A stretch of 64,000 bases of DNA from an uncultured Candidatus Saccharibacteria bacterium (GTDB lineage Bacteria > Patescibacteriota > CALEFQ01 > G965231055): contig OZ246411.1 of the NCBI GenBank assembly GCA_965231055.1, positions 409,875 to 473,874 on the forward strand, written 5' to 3'. The notes under the pieces were generated by a model. That model had not been told where the DNA came from. It did not search any database and was given only the letters and a program-made list of their open reading frames with translations. The translations under genes and the position numbers were made by a program. Shown here piece by piece: positions 48,400-57,175 of the stretch. Positions within the stretch are counted from its first letter, which is position 1; each line of letters starts with the position of its first letter.

Positions 48400-49080
48400 A
48401 TGAAAAGAGAGTCAAAATTTTTCGTTGTTGAGGGCGGTGATGGGTCTGGCAAAGCCACCCAAGTCAGACTACTTAGTCTGAGATTAAAAAAAGAGGGATA
48501 CAAAGTGAAGACAATTTCTTTTCCCTGTTATGGAAAGCTAAGTTGCAAAATGGTTGAGTGGTATTTGGGCGGATATATTTATGATAAAGGGGAGGACGCA
48601 GACCCTAAACTTACTTCCATGTATTATTTATATGATCAATATGTTGCTAATAAGAAAATAAAAAAATGGTTGTCAGAGGGATATATAGTCGTGGCTGATA
48701 GATATCTCACCTCAAATAAAGGGCATCAGATGGGTAAGATTTCTAGTGATAAAGAAAAAAAAGAGTTTCTCAGGTGGATCAATGACGTGGCTTACAATAA
48801 ATTAAAATTAAGCTTGGCAAATACGGTATTTTATCTTGATACCTCGCTATCGATCGCTGCTAATCAAAAAAGTAAGCAAAGACAAAAACAAGGGGCAAAA
48901 AAAGACATACACGAGAAAGATTTAAAACACTTGAAATGTGCCATAGATGGATATTTTTGGGTGATGAAAAATGATAAATGCGATAGATGGAAGTCGATTA
49001 ACTGTATTTCTGGTGGCAACATAATGTCCAGGAGGAATATTCACGATAAAATATGGAAAGCTATTTCAGATAAACTATGA
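48400..49080 (+). CDS. tmk: thymidylate kinase
   Basis: FFVVEGGDGSGKATQ P-loop and DRY-like region. Confidence 0.85.
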   Translation: MKRESKFFVVEGGDGSGKATQVRLLSLRLKKEGYKVKTISFPCYGKLSCKMVEWYLGGYIYDKGEDADPKLTSMYYLYDQYVANKKIKKWLSEGYIVVADRYLTSNKGHQMGKISSDKEKKEFLRWINDVAYNKLKLSLANTVFYLDTSLSIAANQKSKQRQKQGAKKDIHEKDLKHLKCAIDGYFWVMKNDKCDRWKSINCISGGNIMSRRNIHDKIWKAISDKL

Positions 49081-49095
49081 TTTACGTGCATAATG

Positions 49096-49118
49096 GCCGG
49101 GATTTTCTCGGCTTTTTG
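49096..49118 (+). terminator. intrinsic terminator after tmk
   Basis: GCCGGGA ttt TCTCGGC + TTTTT. Confidence 0.65.
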
Positions 49119-49133
49119 CTTTATTAAAAGACT

Positions 49134-49161
49134 TTATTTGGAATGGGGGATTTGGTATAAT
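49134..49161 (+). promoter_or_regulatory. promoter with extended -10 (TGgTATAAT) upstream of gatB
   Basis: TATAAT at 49156-49161 with TG at 49153-49154; weak -35 TTATTT. Confidence 0.5.
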
Positions 49162-49182
49162 GGACGAGTTGCGGATTAGTGG

Positions 49183-49264
49183 ACTTAGAAGCCTTAGAAG
49201 AATTAGTTAAGCACTGATGCATCTAATTTTACTAGCACCTAATACTTCTAATTCTTCTGAATCC
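49183..49264 (+). repeat. TTAGAAG/CTTCTAA iteron-like inverted repeat (family A, copy 2) in the gatB leader
   Basis: cTTAGAAGccTTAGAAGaattag ... cctaataCTTCTAAttCTTCTGAatcc. Confidence 0.7.
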
Positions 49265-49278
49265 TAACACCTCGCCTC

Positions 49279-50814
49279 ATGAAAACAACACCAATAATTG
49301 GACTAGAGATACATGTGGAATTAAAAACCAATTCCAAGATGTTTTGTGGTTGCAAAAACAATCCATTTGAGTCCAAACCCAATTCAAATATTTGTCCTGT
49401 ATGTACTGCTCAGCCAGGAGCTCTCCCTGTCCCAAATAAAGAAGCTATCAGGAAAACCATATTGACTGGTCTTGCTTTGCATTCGGAGATAGCTCGCTTT
49501 TCCAAATTTGATCGCAAGAATTATTTTTATCCAGATCTCCCCAAAGGCTATCAGATTTCACAATATGATCAGCCACTTTGTGTGGGAGGTTATTTGGATA
49601 TAAAAACAGATGATGGCAAGATCAATAAAGTCAGATTGAAAAGAATTCATCTAGAGGAAGATACTGGAAAACTAATTCACAAAGCGAATGGGGGAGATAC
49701 TTTGGTGGATTTAAATAGAGCAGGTGTGCCTCTTATGGAAATTGTCACTTTGCCCGATCTTCACTCTGCCGAAGAAGCCTCGGTATTTCTTAAAGAGCTG
49801 CAAAAAATATTGCGAACTCTCGGAGTGTCTGATGCGGATATGGAAAAAGGTCAGATGAGAGGTGAAGCCAATGTTTCAGTGCAGGAAGAAGACAGTTTTA
49901 GGGAGATTGATGGCGGAGTGGAGCCAGTGGAAGGCAAGGAATTGCAACCACTTGCAGAGATAAAAAACCTAAACTCGTTTAAAGCAGTGAAGCTCGCAGT
50001 AGAATATGAAATAAAAAGAAGAACTGAGGCGTTGGAAAAAGGTGAAAAGCTTCACAAAGAAACTTTGGGCTGGGACGATCTAAAAGGCGAGACAGTGCAT
50101 CAGAGATTCAAAGAAGAAGCCAATGATTATAGATATTTTCCTGAGCCAGATATCACTCCTCTTAGATTCAAGGATGAAGAAATAGAAGCAATCAAGGCAG
50201 AGCTTCCTGAGCTTCCCTCTGACAAAGAGAGAAGGCTGATAGAGCAACTCGGAATCAAACAAGCTGATGCTAGGTTGCTTGCTTCAAATAAACTGATGGC
50301 AGAGTTTTTTGAAAACACTTTGTCCGAATTTGAATCGTGGGCAAAAGCAACCGGAGAAAAAGAGGAAGAAATAAAAAAATATAGCAGGGACTTTGCTCAG
50401 CTTACTTCAAACTGGGTGCTCGGTGAGTTGGTAAAAATAATGAGAGAAGAAGAGTCTGAGGATATATCAACCCTAAAAATCACTCCCGAGAATATGGCTG
50501 AGTTTATAAATATGATAAAAAAAGGTGAAATCAGTAGTTCGGCAGGGCAGCAAGTATTATTGGAGATGTTTAAAACAGGAGGAGATCCCTCAAATATTGT
50601 AGGTGAAAAAGATTTAAAGCAGGTGAGTAATAAAGCAGAGCTTGATGACATTGTCGCCAGAGTTTTGACGGACAATGAAGACGTTTCAAATGAGTATAAA
50701 TCAGGAAAAGAAAATGCCATCCAATTTCTCATAGGGCAAGTGATGAAAGAAACCAAAGGCAAAGCCAACCCGCAAGTAGTTTCGGATATAATTAAAGCAC
50801 AGCTTAAAAAATAG
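49279..50814 (+). CDS. gatB: aspartyl/glutamyl-tRNA amidotransferase subunit B
   Basis: IIGLEIHVELKTNSKMFCGC, C-terminal YqeY-like tail. Confidence 0.95.
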   Translation: MKTTPIIGLEIHVELKTNSKMFCGCKNNPFESKPNSNICPVCTAQPGALPVPNKEAIRKTILTGLALHSEIARFSKFDRKNYFYPDLPKGYQISQYDQPLCVGGYLDIKTDDGKINKVRLKRIHLEEDTGKLIHKANGGDTLVDLNRAGVPLMEIVTLPDLHSAEEASVFLKELQKILRTLGVSDADMEKGQMRGEANVSVQEEDSFREIDGGVEPVEGKELQPLAEIKNLNSFKAVKLAVEYEIKRRTEALEKGEKLHKETLGWDDLKGETVHQRFKEEANDYRYFPEPDITPLRFKDEEIEAIKAELPELPSDKERRLIEQLGIKQADARLLASNKLMAEFFENTLSEFESWAKATGEKEEEIKKYSRDFAQLTSNWVLGELVKIMREEESEDISTLKITPENMAEFINMIKKGEISSSAGQQVLLEMFKTGGDPSNIVGEKDLKQVSNKAELDDIVARVLTDNEDVSNEYKSGKENAIQFLIGQVMKETKGKANPQVVSDIIKAQLKK

Positions 50815-50816
50815 AC

Positions 50817-51263
50817 ATGATTATAAAACATTTAAGCATAGAGTTAGAAACTCAATCAAGCTTGAATTTCATAGATATCACAGACAAGATTTCAAAATTC
50901 GTTTCTGAAAGTAAAATAAAATCAGGCTTGGTGAACATTCAATCAAAGCATACAACTGCCACTATTTTGGTTAATGAAAATGAACCCTTTTTCATAGAAG
51001 ACGCTAGAAAGAAATTTGAGTCTATGTTTCCAGAAAGCGCAGAGTACGGACACAATGATTTCAGCAAGCGCACAGTGAATATGTGCGGCACCGATGAATG
51101 CAAAAACGGTCATTCACATGTGGGAGCTTTTTTTACTCGCACTTCAGAAACTCTAAATATTATTGATGGAAAAATAGATTTCGGTAGATGGCAGAGAGTC
51201 TTTCTTGTAGAGCTTGATCATGCGAGAAAGAGGGAGGTGTCGGTTTGTGTGATTGGTGAGTAG
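50817..51263 (+). CDS. YjbQ/UPF0047 family protein
   Basis: LVNIQSKHTTATILVNENEP ... GHSHVGAFF. Confidence 0.75.
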   Translation: MIIKHLSIELETQSSLNFIDITDKISKFVSESKIKSGLVNIQSKHTTATILVNENEPFFIEDARKKFESMFPESAEYGHNDFSKRTVNMCGTDECKNGHSHVGAFFTRTSETLNIIDGKIDFGRWQRVFLVELDHARKREVSVCVIGE

Positions 51264-51271
51264 GTTTTATT

Positions 51272-51340
51272 GGATTTAGAAGAACTAGAAGTTTTAGAGA
51301 CTAGCTTCTTCTTCTAATCCTTCTAATTCTTCTAATAGCC
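51272..51340 (+). repeat. TTAGAAG/CTTCTAA iteron-like inverted repeat (family A, copy 3), near-contiguous palindrome
   Basis: ggatTTAGAAGaacTAGAAGtttTAGAGactag | CTTCTTCTTCTAAtcCTTCTAAttCTTCTAAtagcc. Confidence 0.75.
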
Positions 51341-51348
51341 ACTCAACA

Positions 51349-51894
51349 ATGTCCTCCAATCAAAATCTAAAATCAGCGATTCGTCATATTCCTGACTTCC
51401 CGAAGCCCGGAATTTTGTTTGCCGATATTACAACTTTACTTATGGATCCAAAGCTCAGTAAAGAAATGTATGATGAAATGACGAAGCCTTTTACAGATTC
51501 ACAAATAGATGTAGTGGTGGCGGGAGAAGCGAGAGGATTTATTTTTGGTACTCCAATTGCGGAAAGACTGGGGGCATCATTTATTCCTATTCGCAAAAAA
51601 GGTAAACTGCCTCATAGAACCATTTCAGAGACTTATATGAAAGAATATGGACCTGATGAGCTGCATATGCATGCGGACGCGATAAAAAAAGGACAAAAAG
51701 TTTTGATCGTAGATGATTTACTTGCAACTGGTGGTACTACGGAAGCTATGATTAAGCTCGTAGAAAAGGCGGGAGGAGTGGTTGCCGGAATTGTTTTTGC
51801 AATAGAACTAGGATATATCAATGGAAGAGATAAAATGAAAAATTACAAAGTACATTCGGTAATAAATTACAAGACACCAGATGAGCAGAAATAA
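51349..51894 (+). CDS. apt: adenine phosphoribosyltransferase
   Basis: PRTase motif VLIVDDLLATGGT. Confidence 0.9.
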   Translation: MSSNQNLKSAIRHIPDFPKPGILFADITTLLMDPKLSKEMYDEMTKPFTDSQIDVVVAGEARGFIFGTPIAERLGASFIPIRKKGKLPHRTISETYMKEYGPDELHMHADAIKKGQKVLIVDDLLATGGTTEAMIKLVEKAGGVVAGIVFAIELGYINGRDKMKNYKVHSVINYKTPDEQK

Positions 51895-51907
51895 ATTGAA
51901 TCTTAGT

Positions 51908-52003
51908 GGATTTAGAGTGATTAGGTTTTAGAGGCGTTATAGGATTGAAGAGCCGTTGTTTGTTTTCACTGGGTATTCTAATTCTTCTAATACTTCTAGT
52001 TCC
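51908..52003 (+). repeat. TTAGAAG/CTTCTAA iteron-like inverted repeat (family A, copy 4, more degenerate)
   Basis: ggatTTAGAGtgatTAGGttTTAGAGg ... CTAAttCTTCTAAtaCTTCTAgttcc. Confidence 0.65.
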
Positions 52004-52026
52004 ACTAAAATCTAATATTTAATAAA

Positions 52027-52764
52027 ATGATCGGAATAATCGGTGGCTCGGGATTTTACGAGCTATTCAATGAGAAACCAGAAGAAAAAATAATCAAAAC
52101 TCCGTACGGTGAACCCTCGGAGCCAATTATGATCGGAAAGATTTCCGGAAAAGAAGTGGCATTTTTACCTCGCCATGGCAAAGATCATAGATTTCCACCT
52201 CATAATATTCCATACAGAGCGAATATTTATGCCCTAAAGGAATTGGGAGTGAATAAAATTATAAGTTTTAGTTCATGCGGGGCACTTCAAAAAGAATTAA
52301 ATCCCGGCGATTTTGTGATAGTCGATCAATTTATAGATCATACCAAGCGAAGAAAGGATTCTTTTATTGAAGGTCCTGAAGTGGATCATTTGAGTGCTGC
52401 GGAAGTTTACGATAAAGATTTGCGTAGTGCCCTTATTTCTTCGTGTGAAAAAATAAAAATCCCTCATAAAAAAGAGGGGACCGTGGTAGTGATTGAGGGA
52501 CCTAGATTTTCCTCCAAAGCAGAGAGTGCTTACTATTCCAAAATGGGCTGGGATGTTATCAATATGACTCAGTATCCAGAAAATGTTTTGTCAGCAGAGA
52601 AGGGGATTAAGTTTGCTGGAGTTTTGCTTGTGACTGATCACGATGCTGGAGTGCATAGGCATGAGGACATAAAACCAGTTACATGGGATGAAATAAAAAG
52701 AGTTATGAAGAGCAATATTCATCACGCCAAAACCTTGATCGAAGAACTGGTGAGGAGTATTTAA
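52027..52764 (+). CDS. mtnP: 5'-methylthioadenosine / purine nucleoside phosphorylase (PNP-UDP family)
   Basis: MIGIIGGSGFYEL N-terminus, phosphate-binding region, MTAP-like length. Confidence 0.8.
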   Translation: MIGIIGGSGFYELFNEKPEEKIIKTPYGEPSEPIMIGKISGKEVAFLPRHGKDHRFPPHNIPYRANIYALKELGVNKIISFSSCGALQKELNPGDFVIVDQFIDHTKRRKDSFIEGPEVDHLSAAEVYDKDLRSALISSCEKIKIPHKKEGTVVVIEGPRFSSKAESAYYSKMGWDVINMTQYPENVLSAEKGIKFAGVLLVTDHDAGVHRHEDIKPVTWDEIKRVMKSNIHHAKTLIEELVRSI

Positions 52765-52787
52765 TTTCATCCCACATAATATATTAA

Positions 52788-52809
52788 AACGCGATCAAGG
52801 CGTTTTTTT
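52788..52809 (+). terminator. intrinsic terminator after mtnP
   Basis: AACGC gatcaag GCGTT + TTTTTT. Confidence 0.55.
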
Positions 52810-52810
52810 G

Positions 52811-52851
52811 TAATAAAAAAGCCCCGGTTGTTCGCATAAATGCGCCGGGGC
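52811..52851 (-). terminator. intrinsic terminator oriented for a minus-strand transcript (A-run on the plus strand precedes a GC-rich hairpin)
   Basis: plus strand aaaaaa GCCCCGG ttgttcgcataaatgcg CCGGGGC; read on the minus strand this is a hairpin followed by UUUUUUAUU. Confidence 0.5.
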
Positions 52852-54170
52852 ATGTCTTCTTTGTTTAGCGCGTCTCTGGCATGCCATCTTTGCGTTATGT
52901 TGATTAAACGCTATGATATTATGTGAGCGCGCGACACCTTTTGCGGGGTGTTTTTTTGAAACCGAGAGTCAATCTCTTAGAGATTGTTTCTTCAGCACAT
53001 TGGCAGGATCCTCCTATTGCGCTTGGCGGCAGAAACCCGGGAAAACAGTGTCAGTTGTTAGTCGGTGCTCGGATAAAAATCATGGTCATTCCTCGTTTGC
53101 AGGGGGCCAAGGCGCCTCGGCGTTAACAGGCGCTGCTGGCCGACAGGTTGATCGACGACATGAACAATGTCGAAAGGGAGAACTGGGAGCAGTTAAGCAC
53201 CAACATAAAGGGGTCCCTCCTGGCTTTAGCCAAGGTGTTGATTTTGCGGTTCGTTGTGAGCCGCATTTTAATAGAACTATTCAGAATCTAATGTATTTAG
53301 ATTTTTTTGTCAAATATTCTTTTGAATTCATCGCAACAGTATTTTTTTGAATAAAAAAATCCCCGAATGCAGCTGCAGCTACTTTCGGGGGGTAAAGTTG
53401 TGGTTTCAGATTATACAAGTCAAAAAGAAAAGAGCGGGCACCTGCATCGGTAGTCGGGAGTTTTGATGTGTACCTCCCGGAATCCTAGCAGGTAGTTACC
53501 AGTACATGGGAGTATCCTCCTTTTGTTGCCATCTGATGTGGAGAGTCTTTTCTAGAGCATTTGCTCTAGTAGGGCCCTCGTTTGCGTGAGATACATCGGC
53601 GACGCGATCGTCGAATGACAGAATGCGATCCTTTTGCGTAAGCTTCTCCCGTAGAACACACAGGGTTTGGCCGGATTTTTTTGGATTCTGCTATGTTACG
53701 TCCATGTCATTCTGTCCCTCATTTCTTGGTTTTTCGAGGGTTTGGAAGAACTTTTTGCAATAGGCATTCTCCTTTCTTCGAAGTGTAAAAGAGCGAATTT
53801 AAAATGACACTACCACGTATCTATTAAATGTCAAGTATTTTGAGTGAATAATGTGGTATTTTGCTTTATTTTAGCCAAAATATAGTAATTTTGGGTAAAA
53901 GAAAACAGGGAATGTTGGATGCGTGTTTTTGGTGGCTTAGAAAGATGTCTTTGCTCGAGTGAGCTAAGTTTTTCTTGCCCATGGGGTATCCCATGAAAAC
54001 TGCATCAACATGCCCTGTTATGTGTAAAGAATAGAAGGGGACGGGTGATAATACCTTTAGCTAGGCCGATTAAAACATAAAAAAATGAAAAGGCTTTGCT
54101 ATCGGTTTTAAGGCATAGTGTCGTATCCCGTCCCCTCCTTGGTACAATGAACAGTTGGAAAACTATCACC
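52852..54170. other. about 1.3-kb ORF-free, GC-elevated island between convergent mtnP and miaA; candidate structured non-coding RNA gene(s)
   Basis: GC of sampled stretches about 50-57% versus about 35% for the flanks; no ORF of 60 aa or more in any frame from 53350 to 54178; the only long ORF (52913..53350) has non-protein-like composition; multiple hairpins and terminator-like structures on both strands. Confidence 0.6.
53341..53392 (-). terminator. intrinsic terminator for a minus-strand transcript inside the ORF-free island
   Basis: plus strand atttttttgaataaaaaaat CCCCGAA tgcagctgcagctact TTCGGGG; on the minus strand: hairpin then AUUUUUUUAUUCAAAAAAAU. Confidence 0.5.
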
Positions 54171-54177
54171 CGCTTGT

Positions 54178-55074
54178 TTATTTGTCAATTTCTATGAAAT
54201 TTTGAACCTTTTTTTCGATAAATTTTACATCTGGTTTTGTCCAAACCAATTCTTTGTCCTTGCGTAGCCATATGAGCTGCTTTCTTGCAAAATTATGTAT
54301 AGCGAATTTTAGCTTTTCCCTTGCCTCTGGTTCTTTGAGTTCTCCTTGGATAATTTTGGTTATAAAATTATATTCAAGTCCCAAGCTTTTTAGCCAAAGA
54401 GGTGATATATCCTTTGAAATAAGATCAGCAACTTCTTTTTTCATTCCATTCCATCTCACATCAACTCTAGTATCTATTTTTTTGTACAATTCTTCTCGGG
54501 GTAAATCCATGGCGAACTTAAGGGCTTCAAATTTTTGAGGCCCCTTTTTACTTTGGCTATGAAATGATTTACCTGTGATTTTTACTACTTCTATGGCGCG
54601 CTGAAGCTTGCGGGGATTTTTGGTATCAAGATGTTTTAGATCCTCAGGACTTTCTTTTTCCAAAAAAGTGAGCATTTTTTCGCGTGACCAGGTTTCTATT
54701 TCTTTTCTAAGCTTTTGATCAATCTCTATCTCAGGCATCTGATAATTTTCAAGTAGCGTCTTGATGTAAAAATAAGTTCCACCAACTATTATCGGAAGTT
54801 TATTTTTTGATCGTATTATCTCGATTGCGTTTTCAGCTTCACGTTTAAAATCCATCGCAGAAAAATATTCACCAGGATTTTTGATGTCTATTAGGTGATG
54901 GGGGATGTTCTTGGTTTCTTGTTTTGTCACTTTGCCTGATCCTATGTCGAGCCCTTTGTAAACCTGCCTAGAATCTGCGGAAATAATTTCTCCGTTAAAT
55001 TTCAAAGCTAGCTCTATTCCTAGAGATGTTTTTCCTGAAGCTGTGGGACCTAAAATAACTATTACTTTTTGCAT
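54178..55074 (-). CDS. miaA: tRNA dimethylallyltransferase
   Basis: N-terminal P-loop ILGPTASGKTSL and DSRQVYKGLDIGSGK. Confidence 0.9.
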   Translation of the reverse strand: MQKVIVILGPTASGKTSLGIELALKFNGEIISADSRQVYKGLDIGSGKVTKQETKNIPHHLIDIKNPGEYFSAMDFKREAENAIEIIRSKNKLPIIVGGTYFYIKTLLENYQMPEIEIDQKLRKEIETWSREKMLTFLEKESPEDLKHLDTKNPRKLQRAIEVVKITGKSFHSQSKKGPQKFEALKFAMDLPREELYKKIDTRVDVRWNGMKKEVADLISKDISPLWLKSLGLEYNFITKIIQGELKEPEAREKLKFAIHNFARKQLIWLRKDKELVWTKPDVKFIEKKVQNFIEIDK

Positions 55075-55144
55075 TTTTATGATTGAAAAACTCGCTTTTT
55101 TATGCTATAATATAAAAACATATTAGGCAAATATAGAAACAAAA

Positions 55145-55759
55145 ATGTCTCGAGCTGTAGCTATAGAAAAAAAACGAAATATTGTTTTGTGGGAAATAAA
55201 GCAATACATACTTAGCCACGATGATGACGTGGTTTTTGCTATTGCATATCTTGCTTCTAGCGTTGTCCTGTCATTGCTTTTTAGCTTGGGAGCATTTGCT
55301 GTTTTGGCGGGATTCCATCTTACTATAGATATTATCAAACACAAACTAATTGGAGCCAATATTTTCAAATCTATCGCGAGGGGATTGAGGGATTCTCTTA
55401 TAGATATTTCGTTTCTATTTTTGGGCTTTGCAATTAGTGTTTATTTTGAGTATGCATTTGCTTTGGGACTTAGTAGGGGACTCGTTGAGCTTCGATACCT
55501 TCGAATTTTCCAGATATTTCCCAAGCTGGGTATTATGAATAAAGTTGCTGATGATATTGCTTATTTCTTTTTGAGAATTAGGGAGCATAATTATCAAATT
55601 GCTTTTGATGGTAATTTTACTGTTTTGGAAAAAATATTTATAGCTGTGGTTTTGGTTTCACTGTGTTTTGTTGCGCTTTCACCACTGCTTATCGGCCTAA
55701 ACATAGAATCTATTTGGCATATTTTTCTCCACGAATTTAGATTGGCGATAGTTATTTAG
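55145..55759 (+). CDS. membrane protein, hypothetical (5-6 TM)
   Basis: 204-aa hydrophobic ORF; extended -10 TGcTATAAT at about 55106 upstream. Confidence 0.55.
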   Translation: MSRAVAIEKKRNIVLWEIKQYILSHDDDVVFAIAYLASSVVLSLLFSLGAFAVLAGFHLTIDIIKHKLIGANIFKSIARGLRDSLIDISFLFLGFAISVYFEYAFALGLSRGLVELRYLRIFQIFPKLGIMNKVADDIAYFFLRIREHNYQIAFDGNFTVLEKIFIAVVLVSLCFVALSPLLIGLNIESIWHIFLHEFRLAIVI

Positions 55760-57035
55760 CTATTTCACCAGTAAGCGACCAGATATCAGTTTCTAGTACC
55801 TTCACCTGCTTAAAAGTTCCTATCATCTCTCTTGCTTTTGCTGAATCGGTTTTTATTCTTATATCTTTGTTGTGTTCTGTAATACCCATTAGGGTATTTT
55901 TATTTTGGTTGTATTTTGTGATTAGGACTTTTAGGGTTTTGTTTTTGAATTTGGCATTGTACTTTTTTGCAAAAATCTTAAGTTGCAGATTTAGTTTGGT
56001 GAATCTTGATTTTTTGATTTGGGTTTTTACATTATCTTTCATTTTTGCAGAAGCGGTTCCGTGTCTCGGGGAGTACATTGCCATATAGGCCATGTCTGGT
56101 TTGAGTTTTTTGAAAAAAGTTTTGAGATTTTTGAAATGCTTCGGTGTTTCTCCGGGAAATCCTACGATGAAATCAGCTGAAATAGCCATGTCGGGTATTG
56201 CTTTCCTAACGCTCTTAATAAGCTTTAAATATTGAGCTGAAGTGTAGCCCCTGTTCATTTTAGCTAGAATCTCATCATCTCCGTGCTGGGGTGGGAGACT
56301 TAGGTAATGACAGATTTTCTCGCAAGATTTGATTGTCTCTATGGTTTCTAGGTTAAAATCTTTGGGATGGGAGCTTACGAATTTGATCCAAAAGTCTCCC
56401 TTGATTTCGTTAATTTCTTTGAGTAGTTTTGCAAATTGATTCTCTGATCTATAGAGCCTTTTTGGATTGTAGCTATTTACGTTTTGGCCTATTAGAGTTA
56501 TTTCTTTGTATCCTTTTTCTACGAGGTTTTTTATTTCGCTTAGGATTTCTTCCTTTGGTCTTGAATATTCTCGTCCCCTGACATAAGGGACAATGCAGTA
56601 ACTACAAAAATTGTTGCACCCTGTCATTATGGGTACTAGTGCTTGAAATTTGGAATTTCTATTGGGATCAATATGAAAATATTTCTTTTCTACAATTTCA
56701 GGTGTAGTTTTTAGTATTAGATTTGGAAGCGTTTCTAGTTCCTCTATGCCAAGAAAAATATCTACAATACTGCGTAGTTCCTTTTTCCATCTATCCTGCT
56801 TGGCCATGCAGCCAGTCAGTACTACTACTTTACTGCCTTCTTGTGATCTGAATTGTTTAAGTTTTGAAATAGCTCTTTGTTCGGCCCTGTCTCTTACGGA
56901 GCACGTGTTGAATATTCCTATTTCAGCTTCGTTTTCTTCTGCATAGTCAAATCCAGCGCTCTCAAGGGCGCTTTGTATTCGCTCTGAATCTGAAAGATTC
57001 ATTGCACAACCATATGTAAAAATGTGGTACTTCAT
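55752..57035 (-). CDS. miaB: radical-SAM methylthiotransferase (MiaB/RimO family); MiaB favoured by proximity to miaA
   Basis: N-terminal MTTase domain (IFTYGCAMN), radical SAM CSYCIVP, C-terminal TRAM domain. Confidence 0.75.
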   Translation of the reverse strand: MKYHIFTYGCAMNLSDSERIQSALESAGFDYAEENEAEIGIFNTCSVRDRAEQRAISKLKQFRSQEGSKVVVLTGCMAKQDRWKKELRSIVDIFLGIEELETLPNLILKTTPEIVEKKYFHIDPNRNSKFQALVPIMTGCNNFCSYCIVPYVRGREYSRPKEEILSEIKNLVEKGYKEITLIGQNVNSYNPKRLYRSENQFAKLLKEINEIKGDFWIKFVSSHPKDFNLETIETIKSCEKICHYLSLPPQHGDDEILAKMNRGYTSAQYLKLIKSVRKAIPDMAISADFIVGFPGETPKHFKNLKTFFKKLKPDMAYMAMYSPRHGTASAKMKDNVKTQIKKSRFTKLNLQLKIFAKKYNAKFKNKTLKVLITKYNQNKNTLMGITEHNKDIRIKTDSAKAREMIGTFKQVKVLETDIWSLTGEIAK

Positions 57036-57060
57036 GTAGGTTGAGATTGGTGATATAATA

Positions 57061-57138
57061 AGTATTCACTTATTAGTATTCAGTTTTTGCCTAGCATTTA
57101 TGAGTTAACTCTTGACTACTAATTGCTGAAAACTATTT
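57061..57138 (+). repeat. TTCAGT-rich repeat (family B) upstream of 57176
   Basis: AGTATTCACTTATTAGTATTCAGTTTTTGC ... CTAATTGCTGAAAACTATT. Confidence 0.5.
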
Positions 57139-57175
57139 AAAGCATATTACTCTTATAACATTAATACAGAAAAAC

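Noticed and set aside
52913-53350. 145-aa plus-strand ORF (and nested 52923..53126 ORF) inside the GC-rich island
   Set aside because: The composition is dominated by C/G/R/A-rich codons with no hydrophobic core pattern. There is no SD and it overlaps several hairpins. I treated it as a chance ORF over a structured non-coding region.
52850-53400. Possible RNase P RNA (rnpB) based on AGAAACCCGGG, GCAGGGGGCCAAGG and GAAAGGG ... GUUAAGCACC resemblances
   Set aside because: I could not identify a complementary P4 3' strand (CCCGGGUUU-like) or the CR-IV/CR-V blocks, and strand orientation is ambiguous given the minus-facing terminators. It stays a hypothesis inside the ncRNA-island finding rather than a feature call.
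53409-53416. Minus-strand promoter (tgTATAAT) driving a roughly 45-nt sRNA that ends at the 53341-53392 terminator
   Set aside because: No convincing -35 element. It is mentioned only as an alternative in the findings.
52850-54170. tmRNA (ssrA) in the ORF-free island
   Set aside because: No tRNA-like 3' end (GGTTCGA-TCC ... CCACCA) or GGGG 5' acceptor is present on either strand.
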